NCBI GenBank assembly: GCA_964016885.1
Contig: OZ024740.1
Span: 34,162,001 to 34,226,000 of the forward strand
Direction: 5' to 3'
From: Eledone cirrhosa
Taxonomy: Eukaryota
DNA: 64,000 nt
Below the pieces are notes generated by a model that saw only the letters and a list, made by a program, of their open reading frames with translations, was not told where the DNA came from and did not search any database. The position numbers and the translations under genes are program-made. This document shows positions 9,881 through 22,200 of the stretch, piece after piece; positions within the stretch are counted from its first letter, which is position 1, and every line of letters starts with the position of its first letter.

Positions 9881-11830
9881 TCTGGCTTCGGTGGGGCCCT
9901 GATCAACTTGGATCAGTCTAAGGCTTTCTATAGGGTGGACCATCGTTACCTGGATGCGGTGCTCGAGGCGGCAGGCTTCGGACCCGTGTTCAGGGGCTGG
10001 ATTGCTGAAATGCACAGCAGCAACATCTGCTCAAGGGTCAAGGTGAACGGCTACCTCTCGGAGCCGTTCCATATCACGCGATCCATCCGACAGGGATGCC
10101 CTCTCTCCTCCCTTCTGTACGTACTGACTCTCGAGCCACTACTGCTGAAGTTGAAGCTATTGCAGGGCATCCCTTTGGAACCGGGACTGCGAAAAGCGGC
10201 GTCGGCCTACGCCGACGACGTGTCAGTAATGGTGTCGAGCATCTCACAAATCGAGGAAGTCGGCACCTTACTGAAGGAATACGAAAGGTTCACAGGAGCG
10301 AAGATGAACCGGGACAAATCCGTCGGTTTGCAACTCGGAACGTGGAGAGGCAAACCGATATCTTCCGATGGCGTCGTCGGACGCTGGACAGAAGGACCGG
10401 TAAAGCTGCTCGGTGTCTGGTTTGGTCCGGACCTCCAGGTGGAGAAGAACTGGAAGGAGGTGACGGCCAAGGTGTTTGCACTCACCCAGAAGTGGGCCGA
10501 GTGCAAACTATCCTTGAAAGGTCGAGCGGAGGTGGCGAACACTTTTATAGCGTCCGTCATCTACTACCGCTTGACCGTCGTGCCTTGTCCAGCCAAAGCG
10601 CTCACCAAAATGGAGCGCGTGCTCTTCCAATTCCTTTGGAAGAAGCAGGCTCCTTTGGTGAGAAGATTCCTCTGCTGCCAACACCCTTCAAACGGAGGGC
10701 TGGGGATGCCGTGGCTGACGATGCGCAAACACGCGCTCAGGCTGCGGTACCTCCACGTATTCCTCACCGGACAACCGGTGTGGGCCCCGTTCGTGAGGCG
10801 AGCCTTCCCACGACTCGTCTCGCTGACCGAGCTGCAGTCCTGGGTCAAGCAAAGACCGAGGAAAACGGGCGGCTGGCACATCGAATGTGCTCAGGCACTC
10901 ACAGCCCTCTGGCAAACGGACCCGGCGATCAGTGGAGACTCCACTTCGTCATTCTATAGAGGGTTGGTCTGCAGCAAATGCGACGACGCGCTCGGAGAAA
11001 CGCTCGGCGTAGAGGAGGACGAACTGGCCTGTCTGTTCGGTAGGACCTTCCGCCCGGGACCGATGGACAACATTCCAAAAGTTCCTGGCCTGGCAGTGCT
11101 ACCGAGGAGCTCTACCAGTTCGAGACAAGCTCTACAGACATGGGCGCCCGGGCAGGGACTCTGCAAAAAAGATCTGTCCGAGGTGCGTGCGAGACGAAGA
11201 AACCGTCGCGCACGCATTCATACAGTGCCCGGGCGTCACTGACCTGTGGGGCTATGTAGAACGACTATTGTCGTGGGTGGGACCAATCCGGTTGACCACC
11301 GAGTCCATTGTCATGATCAAACCGCCACCCTCCTTCAAAAACGAAGGAGAGGCGGTTTTCCTTTGTGTAATAGCTATGGCGAAATAGGTTGTATGGTGGA
11401 CAAGGTTGAAAGGGCTGAGGTCAGATACATTTCTCTCCGGCCAACAACTGATTCTTTTTTTAAAATACCACTTTGGAAGAAGAATCAGGATGGAGAGAGA
11501 GGTGCTGTACTCCAGCAAGTTTTATGAAAGTTGGGTGAAAGTGGCGAGAATGGCCCGAGTGAATGGGCCTTCTCTCTATATCAGCCTGTAGGTTGAGGAA
11601 AAGGAGGATGAGAGGAAAGTAGTACAAACTCTTCGTACTCCTGGAGATGAGGGTTGCACATTTTTTCGGGGGTATGTGTTACCCATATAAACTGTCTCCC
11701 TCTATTGGGGAAAATCGACTAACTTTTAAAATTCCATTTGTGATAACATTTTACACGTTTTTATTGTATGTAAACTTCCCCCTTTGTATTTGTCGCCTTC
11801 TTTTGTGTCCCTGTGGCTAATAAAGAAACA

Positions 11831-11886
<56 letters not shown>
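9881..11886 (+). mobile_element. L1/Tx1-clade LINE copy 1, 5'-truncated within RT, (TATC)14 tail
   Basis: LDQSKAFYRVDH, RQGCPLS, YADD, LSLKGRAEVANTF, GGLGMP and a CCHC remnant. Frameshift near 11072, stop at 11385-11387, ORF2 end at 11591, AATAAA at 11819-11824, tail at 11831-11886. Confidence 0.92.
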
Positions 11887-12832
11887 ACAGTCCTCTGGCA
11901 AGCAGGCGCAGCAATCAGTGGAGACTCCACTTCGACATTCTATAGAGGGATTGTACGTTACAAGGGCGACGACGTGCTCGGAGAGACTCTGGGCGTCGAA
12001 GACGATGAGCTCACCAGTATGTTTGGTAGGACTTTCCGCCCGGGACCTATGGACAACTTCCAGAGGTCCCTGGCCTGGCAGTGCTACCGAGGAGCTCTAC
12101 CGGTTCGTGACAAGATCTACAGGCACGGACGCCCTGGCAGGGATCCTTCCAAGAGGACGTGTCCAAGATGTGCGCAGGACATTGAAACAGTTCTGCACGC
12201 AATTGTACACTGCCCGGGCGTAAGCGACCTGTGGAACTATGCAGAACAACTGCTGTCGCGTATGGGACAAATACAGTTGACTGCCGAGTCCATAGTAAGG
12301 ATCAAACCGCCAGACTCTTTCAAAAACGAAAGAGAGGCGGTTTTCCTCTGTACGGTGGCTATGGTGAAAGAAGTTATATGGTGGACGAGGTTGAGAGGAC
12401 TGAGGACAGATGCCTTTCTCTCCGGACAACAATTGATTCCATTCTTTAAGTATCACTTTAGAAGGAGAATCAGGGTGGAGAGAGAGGCACTGCACCCCAG
12501 TAAATTTACTGAAAGGTGGGTGAATGAAGCGAAAATGGCCCGAGTGATTGGGCCTTCTCTGTTTATAAGCCTGTAGGTTGAGGAAGAGAGCAAAAGGAAG
12601 AAAGGAGCACTTGCACAACACGCTCCTTGAGTTGAGGGTTGTTCTATCGACGGGGTATTAAACAACCCATTTGTGGCGCCTCCCCCCTATTGGGGATTTC
12701 GATTGTTGAAATTGTTTGTTTTTATATTTTTTACACGACTGTATGTAAAATCCCCGGCATGTCTTTGTATTGTCCCCTTTCTTGTTGCGCCCTTGTGGCT
12801 AATAAAGAAATCTATCTATCTATCTATCTATC
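11887..12832 (+). mobile_element. L1/Tx1-clade LINE copy 2, short 3' fragment of a more diverged subfamily, (TATC)n tail
   Basis: ORF 11974..12576 contains WQCYRGALPVRDK and CPRCAQDIETVLHAIVHC (CCHC). The 3' UTR ends TGTGGCTAATAAAGAAA followed by about 5-6 TATC units. Confidence 0.9.
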
Positions 12833-15800
12833 TTGTTAATCTGTCTACAAATGTTCATGGTTGCCTATTCAGATCACAAATTAGTGACCCGCTTAGTCAA
12901 CCTTGACAAAACCCATAGACAGGGACTCGGCTACTGGAAGCTGAACTTGTCGTTACCGACATGCAAAGCCTACAGTAGGCGGATTAGCACTTTAGTTAAG
13001 CAGCACTTGACGGGGGCCATTGTCAACAACAGATGGTGGTACTCTCTCAAAAGGGCAGTTAGATTAGACTCGATAGGTTTTAGTAAAGAATTAGTGTTAG
13101 ATAGAAATAAGACCAAAAAGGAACTGGTAGATAAAGTAGAAGAGGCACTTAGGAGTGGCAACGTAGCCAGCGTGCTAGCGACGAGAACGGCCTTGGACCA
13201 GTTCTTCGACGCAAAGCATGAAGGCTGCGTTGTCAGAAGCAAAATACGTGCTCTGGGAAACGAGGGAGCCAAAGCTGTTAGCTGGGCCCGAGTGACGGAG
13301 GCGAAAAGTGGCAACAACTCCACGATTCGGTCTTTGAAGGACCAAGACGGACGCGTGATACGTGAGCCGAAGCAAATGTGCGCGGCCTTTCAGCGGTACT
13401 TTGCTCAACTGTTCGGGAAGGGCGGCGCGCCGGGAGGGGCTATGGATTTCGGTTCATACCTCGACGGCCTACCGCGACTCTCAGACAGCGAGGCGAAGTT
13501 CTGCGAAAGGCCGATTTCGGCCGCTGAGATAGGGGACGCGCTGAGCCAATGCGGCAAACGCAAATCTCCAGGTCTCGACGGTCTCCCCTACGAATTTTAC
13601 GTAGCAATGCCGGACTTGTTCTCCGGTCTCCTGGAAGCGGTCTACTGCAACTGGCAGCAAAACGGGAGAATTCCCTGTTCTGTGACCAAGGACGTAATCA
13701 CGTTAGTCAGGAAGGACAAGAACAAGGGGGATGACATAGGCAACTTCCGGCCCACAACTCTGCTCAACACAGAGGTACAGATTTTGGCCAAGGTGTTGGC
13801 AAAGAGGCTGGGGCTTGTCGAAAACCTGGTGGGAGAAGCGCAGACATGCGCAATACCGACCAGGTCCATACACGACAACCTTCACCTCATGCGATACATC
13901 ATAGAGAGGGTAGGGTGTAAACCCGGCTTCGGTGGGGCCCTGATCAACTTGGATCAGTCTAAGGCTTTCGATAGGGTTGACCATCGTTATGCGGTGCTCG
14001 AGGCGGCAGGCTTCGGTCCCGTGTTCAGGAGCTGGATTGCTGAAATGAACAACAGCAACATCAGCTCAAGGGTCAAGGTGAACGGCTACCTCTCGGAGCC
14101 GTTCCATATCACGCGATCCATCCGACAGGGATACCCTCTCTCCTCCCTTCTGTATGTACTGACTCTCGAGCCACTACTGCGGAAGTTGAAGCTATTGCAG
14201 GGCATCCCTTTGGAACCGGGACTGCGAAAAGCGGCGTCGGCCTACGCCGACGACGTGTCAGTAATGGTGTCGAGCACCTTGGAAATCGGGGAGGTCGGCA
14301 CCTTACTGAAGGAATACGAAAGGTTCACAGGAGCGAAGATGAACCGGGACAAATCCGTCGGTTTGCAACTCGGAACGTGGAGAGGCATACCGATGCCTTC
14401 CGATGACGTCGTCTGACGCTGGACAGAAGGACCGGTAAAGCTGCTCGGTGTCTGGTTTGGTCCTGACCTCCAGGTGGAGAAGAACTGGAACGAGGTGACG
14501 GCCAAGGTGTTTGCGCTCACCCAGAAGTAGGCCGAGTGCAAACTATCCTTGAAAGGTCGAGCGGAGGTGGCGAACACTTTTATAGCGTGCGTCATCTACT
14601 GCCGCTTGACCGTTGTGCCTTGTCCAGCCAAAACGCTCACCAAAATGGAGCGCGTGCTCTTCCAATTCCTTTGGAAGAAGCGGGCTCCTTTGGTGAGAAG
14701 ATTCATCTGCTACCAACACCCTTCAAACGGAGGGCTGGGGATGCCGTGGCTGACGATGCGCAAACACGCGCTCAGGCTGCGGCACCTCCACGTATTCCTC
14801 ACCAGACAACCGGTGTGGGCCCCGTTCGTGAGGCGAGCCTTCCCACGACTCATCTCGCTGACCGAGCTGCAGTCCTGGGTCAAGCAAAGACCGAGGAAAA
14901 TGGGCGACTGGCACATCGAATGTGCTCAGGCACTCACAGTCCTCTGGCAAACGGACCCGGCGATCAGTGGAGACTCCACTTCGACATTCTATAGAGGGTC
15001 GGTCCGCAGCAAGTGCGACGACACGCTCGGAGAAACTCTAGGCGTAGAGGAGGACGAACTGGCCAGTCTGTTCGGTAGGACCTTCCGCCCTGGACCAATG
15101 GACAACTTCCCAAAGTCCCTGGCCTGGCAGTGCTACCGAGGAGCTCTACCAGTTCGAGACAAGCTCTACAGACACGGGCGCCCGGGCAGGGACCCTTCGA
15201 AAAAGATCTGTCCGAGATGCGTGCTCGACGAGGAAACCGTCGCACACGCATTTGTACACTGTCCAGGCGTTACCGACCTGTGGGGCTATGTAGAACGATT
15301 ATTGTCGCGGGTGGGACCAATCCAGTTGACCACCGAGTCCATTGTCATGATCAAACCGCCAGCCTCCTTCAAAAACGAGGGAGAGGCGGTTTTTCTATGT
15401 GTTATGGCTATGGTGAAAGAGGTTATATGGTGGACGAGGTTAAAAGGGCTGAGGTCAGACACCTTTCTCTCCGGCGAACAACTGATTCGTTTTTTCAAAT
15501 ATCATTTTGGAAGAAGAATCAGGATGGAGAGAGAGGTGCTGTACCCCAGCAAATTTTATAAAAGGTGGTGAATGTGGCAAAGATGGCCCGAGTGGTTGGG
15601 CCTTCTCTCTATATAAGCCTATAGGTTGAGGAAAAAGAGGAAGAGAGGAAGGGAGTACTCACTGTTGGTGCTCCTGGAGATGAGGGTTGTACATTTTTTA
15701 GGGGTGTGTACAACCCCTGTGTAAAACCTTCCCCCTATTGGGGATTTCAATTGTTATTTGTTATTGTATTAATAGTTTTATTTTCATATACCTGTATGTA

Positions 15801-15854
15801 AACTCTCCATTTGTATTTGTCCCCTTCTTTTGTGCCATTGTGGCTAATAAAGAA

Positions 15855-15904
<50 letters not shown>
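12833..15904 (+). mobile_element. L1/Tx1-clade LINE copy 3, truncated at the end of the APE endonuclease, (TATC)n tail
   Basis: YSDH (APE C-terminus), GLGYWKLNLSL, KSPGLDGLPYEFY, NFRPTTLLN, DQSKAFDRVDH, YADD and CPRC..ETVAHAFVHC. In-frame stops at 14414-14416, 14528-14530 and 15569-15571. AATAAA then about 12 TATC units. Confidence 0.93.
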
Positions 15905-15944
15905 AAAACAAATGACCTATGTTGCAACAAGTATCCCACGCTAA

Positions 15945-16130
15945 ACATGCTTTACTTCATATAGTTACGGCTCTTTTCCTTCTGAGTTCAAATCCCACCG
16001 AAGTCAGCTTTGTATTTTATCCTCACAGAGTCGATGAAATAATGTACCAGTAACGCACTGGATCGATTTAATCGACTTTCCCTTTGCCCCAAAATTGCTG
16101 ACATTGAGCCAATATTAGAAATAATTATTT
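15945..16130 (+). mobile_element. Older tRNA-derived SINE copy (family of 895-1084)
   Basis: CTGAGTTCAAATCCCACCGAAGTCAGCTTTG...GTCGATGAAATAATGTACCAGT...AAAATTGCTGACATTGAGCC...AGAAATAATTATT. Confidence 0.7.
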
Positions 16131-16199
16131 TTGCAATCATTCATTAATTGAACAATTTCTATAATTGTTGAATAACGTTTATTACTTTACCTCACGATA

Positions 16200-16330
16200 C
16201 CGTCTCAATGAGGTCACTCGATCTGCTAAAGATCACAGCCAAATCTCCCTAATATTCTTATTTTAAACAACAAAAGTCGATTCCAGAAAATCACAACCTC
16301 GCATCTTAAACAACAACAACAACAATCTAA
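16200..16330 (+). mobile_element. SINE-like 3' fragment with (AAC)n tail
   Basis: Similar to 230-300; ends AAACAACAACAACAACAA. Confidence 0.4.
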
Positions 16331-16918
16331 TATAAAATGATTGGAGAAATGCGAGACTGTGTCAGGGATATTTTTTCTGAACACGTTATGAAGATAAGTT
16401 GGATTACTTTGAATAAATCATGGATGAATATTATGTAATTTATCTACTAAATTTCGTAGCTCTTGATTAAACATAAATATTCTTATATATAATGTATTGC
16501 TTATTCTAAGACTCACTTCTTTTAAAATGTTCAAATGTTAACACTTCCGGTTAGCGTCCGTTATATCTTAACACTTCGCCGTACGCTACATAAAATCGTT
16601 TATATAAACGTTCATGTATTTGCATTGTTATATGACGTTTATATTTCAGTCGCTAATTTTCTCCTTTTTCGTTTTCATAACATTTCAGCGTAATGCAGTT
16701 GATATATAATATCGTCTTTTTAAAATGATTCGTGGATTACTTTACTGATTACAGAAGAGAGTGTAACACAGTCTCTCTTCAATTTCTGTGCATATTCCCA
16801 ATTTAATTTTCATTTGACGTATCATATCTACATGCATAGATATTTGCGTATAATATCAATATGCATACTATATATGCCAGCAGAAAACCACCCGAAGGGT
16901 GGTTTATCTGCTAGTAGT

Positions 16919-17038
16919 AATAATTGTTTCTACTTTTGGCACAAGGCCAGCAATTACCCAGTACATTACTGGTACTTTATTTTATCGACCCCGTAAGGAT
17001 GAAAGGCAAAGTTAACCTCGGCGGGATTTGAACTCAGA
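16919..17038 (-). mobile_element. tRNA-derived SINE, reverse orientation, 5' part missing
   Basis: Reverse complement is almost identical to 965-1084. It abuts the tail of the reverse Tx1 copy. Confidence 0.8.
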
Positions 17039-17045
17039 ATGGCAA

Positions 17046-18170
17046 GTAGTAATAATGATAATGTCTTTATTATTAGCCACAAGGGCTGAACATATAGGAC
17101 AATACAACCACGGAAAATGGGGTTTTACATAAGATCGTGCAAAAAACAATGCAATAAAAGCAATTAACAATACAATAAAAACAACAGAATTCCCAAATAT
17201 GGGGCATATCACCCAGGGGTGACGTTAGGAACCCCACAAATTCTAACCCACCTTAATCGTCAAGAGTACCATAGGAAGGTGCCCCTCCCTTTTTTAAACC
17301 CTTCAGCCTACAGGCACATAGTCAGAGTAGGCCCACTCACACGGGCCATCCTCGCAACATTTACCCACCTTTTCACAAATGTACGGGGTGGTGGGTGGTG
17401 GGGGCGGCAGCACTTCCCTCTCCACCCTCACTTCTCTTTCCAAGTGGAACATGAAAAATTGATGGGGGATGGGTCGGAGAGAAAAGTGTCTGTCTTCAGT
17501 CGTTTCAGCCTGGTTCACCACACAACCTCTTTCGCTACCGTCACCATACAGACGAGAACTGCCCGTCCTTCCCAGCCAAAAGAAAGCGGTGGGTCGATCT
17601 TCACTATGGATTCGGTTGACAGCTAGATCCGTACTACACGAGATAACAGCTGTTCGACGTAACTCCACAAGTCAGTAATGCACGGACACTGGATGAGTGC
17701 CTGCAGAACGGCCTCGTCGCTCTGAGCGCACTTCCGTGCCTATAGAGTTTATCTCGAACCGGCAGTGCCCACCGGTAGCACTGCCAAGCGAGAGACTTCT
17801 GGAAATTGTTCATAGAACTCGGCTGATATATCTATGTAAAGCTCGTAGGGTAGACCATCCCAACTGGGTGACTTGCACCTGCTTCAGCGGACTAGAGCCT
17901 CCCGAATTTTAGCTGAAGTTATTGGCTTTTCGCAGCGCTCAGCATCGGCTGGCGAGAGACGCGTTAGGCCGTCGATGTAGCAACTGAAATCTGCTATTGT
18001 CTCCAACCCATCATTCCTCCCGAACAGCTGAGCAAAGTGTTGGCAAAAGGTCTCACACATCTGCCTGGAATCGTTCAGCTCGCGTTCGTCTTGGTCGGAA
18101 TTGTGGTTTTGTTACCATGCCGTGCCTGACACGCAGAACCATCGAACAGTTTTTGTTCTGTCGTTTCTTG
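17046..18170 (-). mobile_element. L1/Tx1-clade LINE copy 4, reverse, 5'-truncated, RT internally deleted, (ATT)n-like tail
   Basis: Minus strand reads DFSCYIDGLTRLSPADAERCEKPITSA...KSPSWDGLPYELY, joined almost directly to MNNFQKSLAWQCYRWALPVRDKLYRHG. The 3' end is CTTGTGGCTAATAATAAAGACATTATCATTATTACTAC. 5' boundary approximate. Confidence 0.85.
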
Positions 18171-18619
18171 GAGCACGCGCCCTTCTGGAACGTCTCGCCC
18201 ATTACAATTAGTAAATTGCTTTTCTTTGTTGATTTTTTTTATTGCTTTGTAATTGAATCGGATCATTTGGAAAAGCTGAATATTTTAAAATTAGGTAATA
18301 TCATTCCCACACATGTAATGTGGCTACGTAAGAGATTTGTCTGGTGTTTTCATCACAGATTTGTTGGTGGTGTATGCATTCCCGTCTATCCTATGTAATT
18401 TTGAAAACCCTAATCCATGTAATAACATGTTGCAGGTGAAATTTTCTTTTAAATTACACCCCACCACATAAGTGAACTAGAAGATTATCCGGCATGGCTC
18501 AGGAAATAGAAAAAAAACTGTTGATAGCCTATTTATATGAATTTCTTATTTCAAACACAATATTTATATTTTTTGTAACAGACATACACGTTTTTTAATT
18601 TTTTTTATTTTACAGGCAC

Positions 18620-19235
18620 CACATACACGCCCCTCCCACACCCCTACACAACACACACGTACCTCACATCCACCCACCACACCCACACCTCACACCCACC
18701 CAACACACCCACACCTCACACCCACCCAACACACACACACACACACCTCACACCCACCCAATACACACCTCACACCCACCTCACACCCACCAAACACACA
18801 CTCACACCTCACACACACCCAATACACACACACCTCACACCCACCCAACACATACACACACACCGCACACCCACCCAACACACACACACACACCTCAAAA
18901 ACACACAATACACACACACACCTCACACACACACACCTCACACCCAACCACCACACACCCACCCAACACACACACACCTCAAACACACCCAATACACACA
19001 CACACCTCACACACACCTCACACCCACCCAACACACACACACATACACACCTCAAACACACCCAATACACATACACACCTCACACCCACCCAACGTACAC
19101 TCAGACACCTCACACACACACACCTCACACACACCAAACACACACACCCACCCAACACCTCATACTCACCCAACACCTCACACCCACCCTACACCCACAA
19201 ACACACCCACCCAACATCACACACACACACACACA
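18620..19235. repeat. Degenerate CA-rich minisatellite (approx. ACACACCTCACACCCACCCAAC units)
   Basis: Seen directly; the plus strand is almost devoid of G, with recurring CACCTCACAC and CCCACCCAA modules. Confidence 0.92.
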
Positions 19236-22200
19236 TATATCAGGCATATCAACTTTCCCGCATTGAACCTCAAGAAACTTCATTTTTGTCAAGTGTAGCC
19301 CCCCGATCCTAGAACCTCAAGAAACTTCATTTTTGTCAAGTGTAGCCTCCAACTCCTAGAACTTCAAGAAAGTTCATTTTTGTCAAGTGTAGACCCCCCC
19401 CCCCCCGACCACTAGAACCTCAAGAAACTTCATTTTTGTCAAGTATAGCCCCAACTCCTAGAACCTCAAGAAACTTCATTTTTGTCAAGTGTAGCCCCCC
19501 GGCTCCTAGAACATCAAGAAGCTTCATTTTTGTCAAGTGTAGCCCCTAAATCCTAAAACCTCAAGAAACTTCAATTTTGTCAAGTGTAGCCCCCACCCCT
19601 ACAACCTCAAGAAACTTCATTTTTGTCAAGTGTAGCCCCCCGACTCCTAGAACCTCAAGAAACTTCATTTTTGTCAAGTGTAGCTCCCCGACTCCTAGAA
19701 CCTCAAGAAACTTCATTTTTGTCAAGTGTAGCCCCCAACTCCTAGAACCCCAAGAAAATTCATTTTTGTCAAGTGTAGCCCCCCACCCCTACAACCTCAA
19801 GAAACTTCATTTTTGTCAAGTGTAGCCTCTAAATCCTAGAAGCTCAAGAAACTTCACATTTGTCAAGTGTAGCCCCCCTCCCCTAGAACCTCAAGAAACT
19901 TCACTTTTGTCAAGTGTAGCGCCCAAATCCTAGAATCTCAAGAAACTTCATTTTAGTCAAGTGTAGCCCCCGACTCGTGGAACGTCAAGAAACTTGCTTT
20001 TTGTCAAGTGTAGCTCTCAAATACTAGAACCTCAAGAAACTTCATTTTAGTCAAGTGTAGCCCCCCGACTCCTGGAACGTCAAGAAACTTGCTTTTTGTC
20101 AAGTGTAGCTCCCAAATCCTAGAACCTCAAGAAACTTCATTTTTATCAAGTGTAGCCCCAAACTCCTAGAACCTCAAGAAACTTCATTTTTGTCAAGTGT
20201 AGCCCCAAATCCTAGAACCAAAAGAAACTTGATTTTTGTCAAGTGTAGCCCCCAACTCCTAGAACCCCAAGAAACTTCATTTTTGTCAAGTGTAGCCCCC
20301 AACTCCTTAAACGTCAAGAAACTTAATTTTAGTCAAGTGTAGCTCCCAAATCCTAGAACCTCAAGAAACTTCATTTTTGTCAAGTGTAGCCCCAACTCCT
20401 ACAGCCTCAAGAAACTTCATTTTTGTCAAGTGTAGCCCCCAACTCCTAGAACATCAAGAAATTTCATTTTTGTAAAGTGTAGCCTCCAACTTCTAGAACC
20501 CCAAGAAAATTCATTTTTGTAGAGTGTAGCCTCTAAATCCTAGAACCTCAAGAAACTTCACTTTTGTCAAGTGTAGCCCCCCACCCCTACAACCTCAAGA
20601 AACTTCATTTTTGTCAAGTGTAGACCCCAACTCCTAGAACATCAAGAAACTTCATTTTTGTAAAGTGTAGCCCCCAAATCCTAGAACCTCAAGAAACTTC
20701 ATTTTAGTCAAGTGTAGCCCCCCGACTCCTCGAACGTCAAGAAACTTGCTTTTTGTCAAGTGTAGCTCCCAAATCCTAGAACCTCAAGAAACTTCATTTT
20801 TCTCAAGTGTAGCCCCAAACTCCTAGAACCTCAAGAAACTTCATTTTTGTCAAGTGTAGCCCCCAACTCCTAGAACCCCAAGAAACTTCATTTTTGTCAA
20901 GTGTAGCCCACAACTCCTTGAACGTCAAGAAACTTAATTTTTGTCAAGTGTAGCTCCCAAATCCTAGAACCTCAAGAAACTTCATTTTTGTCAAGTGTAG
21001 CCTCCAACTCCTAGAACCTCAAGAAACTTCATTTTTGTCAAGTGTAGCCCTCCAACTCCTAGAACCTCAAGAAACTTCATTTTTGTCAAGTGTAGCCCTC
21101 CAACTCCTAGAACCTCAAGAAACTTCATTTTTGTCAAGTGTAGCCCCCAACTCCTAGAACCTCAAGAAACTTCATTTTTGTCAAGTGTAGCACCCAACTC
21201 CTAGAACCTCAAGAAACTTCATTTTTGTCAAGTGTAGCCTCCAACTCCTACAACCTCAAGAAACTTCACTTTTGTCAAGTGTAGCCCCCAACTCCTAGAA
21301 CCTCAAGAAACTTCATTTTTGTAAAGTGTAGCCTCCAACTTCTAGAACCCCAAGAAAATTCATATTTGTAGAGTGTAGCCCCCCACCCCTACAACCTCAA
21401 GAAACTTCATTTTTGTCAAGTGTAGACCCCCGACTCCTAGAACCGCAAGTAACTTCATTTTTGTCAAGTGTAGCCCCCCGACTGCAAGAACCCCAAGAAA
21501 GTTCATCTTTGTCAAGTGTAGCCCCCCACCCCTACAACCTCAAAAAACTTCATTTTTGTCAAGTGTAGACCCCCGACTCCTACAACCTCAAGAAACTTAA
21601 TTTTTGTCAAGTGTAGCCCCATCTCCTAGAACCTAAAGAAACTTCATTTTTGTCAAGTGTAGCCCCCAACTCCTAGAACCTCAAGAAACTTTATTTTTGT
21701 CAAGTGTAGCCCCCCAACTCATAGAACCTCAAGAAACTTCATTTTTGTCAAGTGTAGCCCCATCTCCTAGAACCTCAAGAAACATCATTTTTGTCAAGTG
21801 TAGCCCCGTACTCCTAGAACCTCAAGAAACTTCACTTTTGTCAAGTGTAGCTCCTAACTCCTAGAACCTAAAGAAACTTCATTTTTGTCAAGTGTAGCTC
21901 CCCGACTCCTAGAACCTCAAGAAACTTCACTTTTGTCAAGTGTAGCTCCCAACTCCTAGAACTTAAAGAAACTTCATTTTTGTCAAGTGTAGCCCCCAAC
22001 ACCTAGAACCTCAAGAAACATCATTTTTGTCAAGTGTAGACCCCCGACTCCTAGAACCCCAAGAAAGTTCATTTTTGTCAAGTGTAGCCCCCCCCTGACT
22101 CCTAGAACCTCAAGAAACTTCATTTTTGTCAAGTGTAGCCCCCCGACTCGTAGAACCCCAAGAAAGTTCATTTTTGTCAAGTGTAGCCCCCCCCCCCGAC

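Noticed and set aside
18560-18620. Splice-acceptor-like polypyrimidine + CAG sites (TTTTGTAACAG, TTTTATTTTACAG)
   Set aside because: Followed only by simple repeat with no credible exon; such motifs are common in AT-rich DNA.
18690-19076. Cys/Val/Gly-rich 128-aa ORF
   Set aside because: Translation of the TG-rich strand of the minisatellite.
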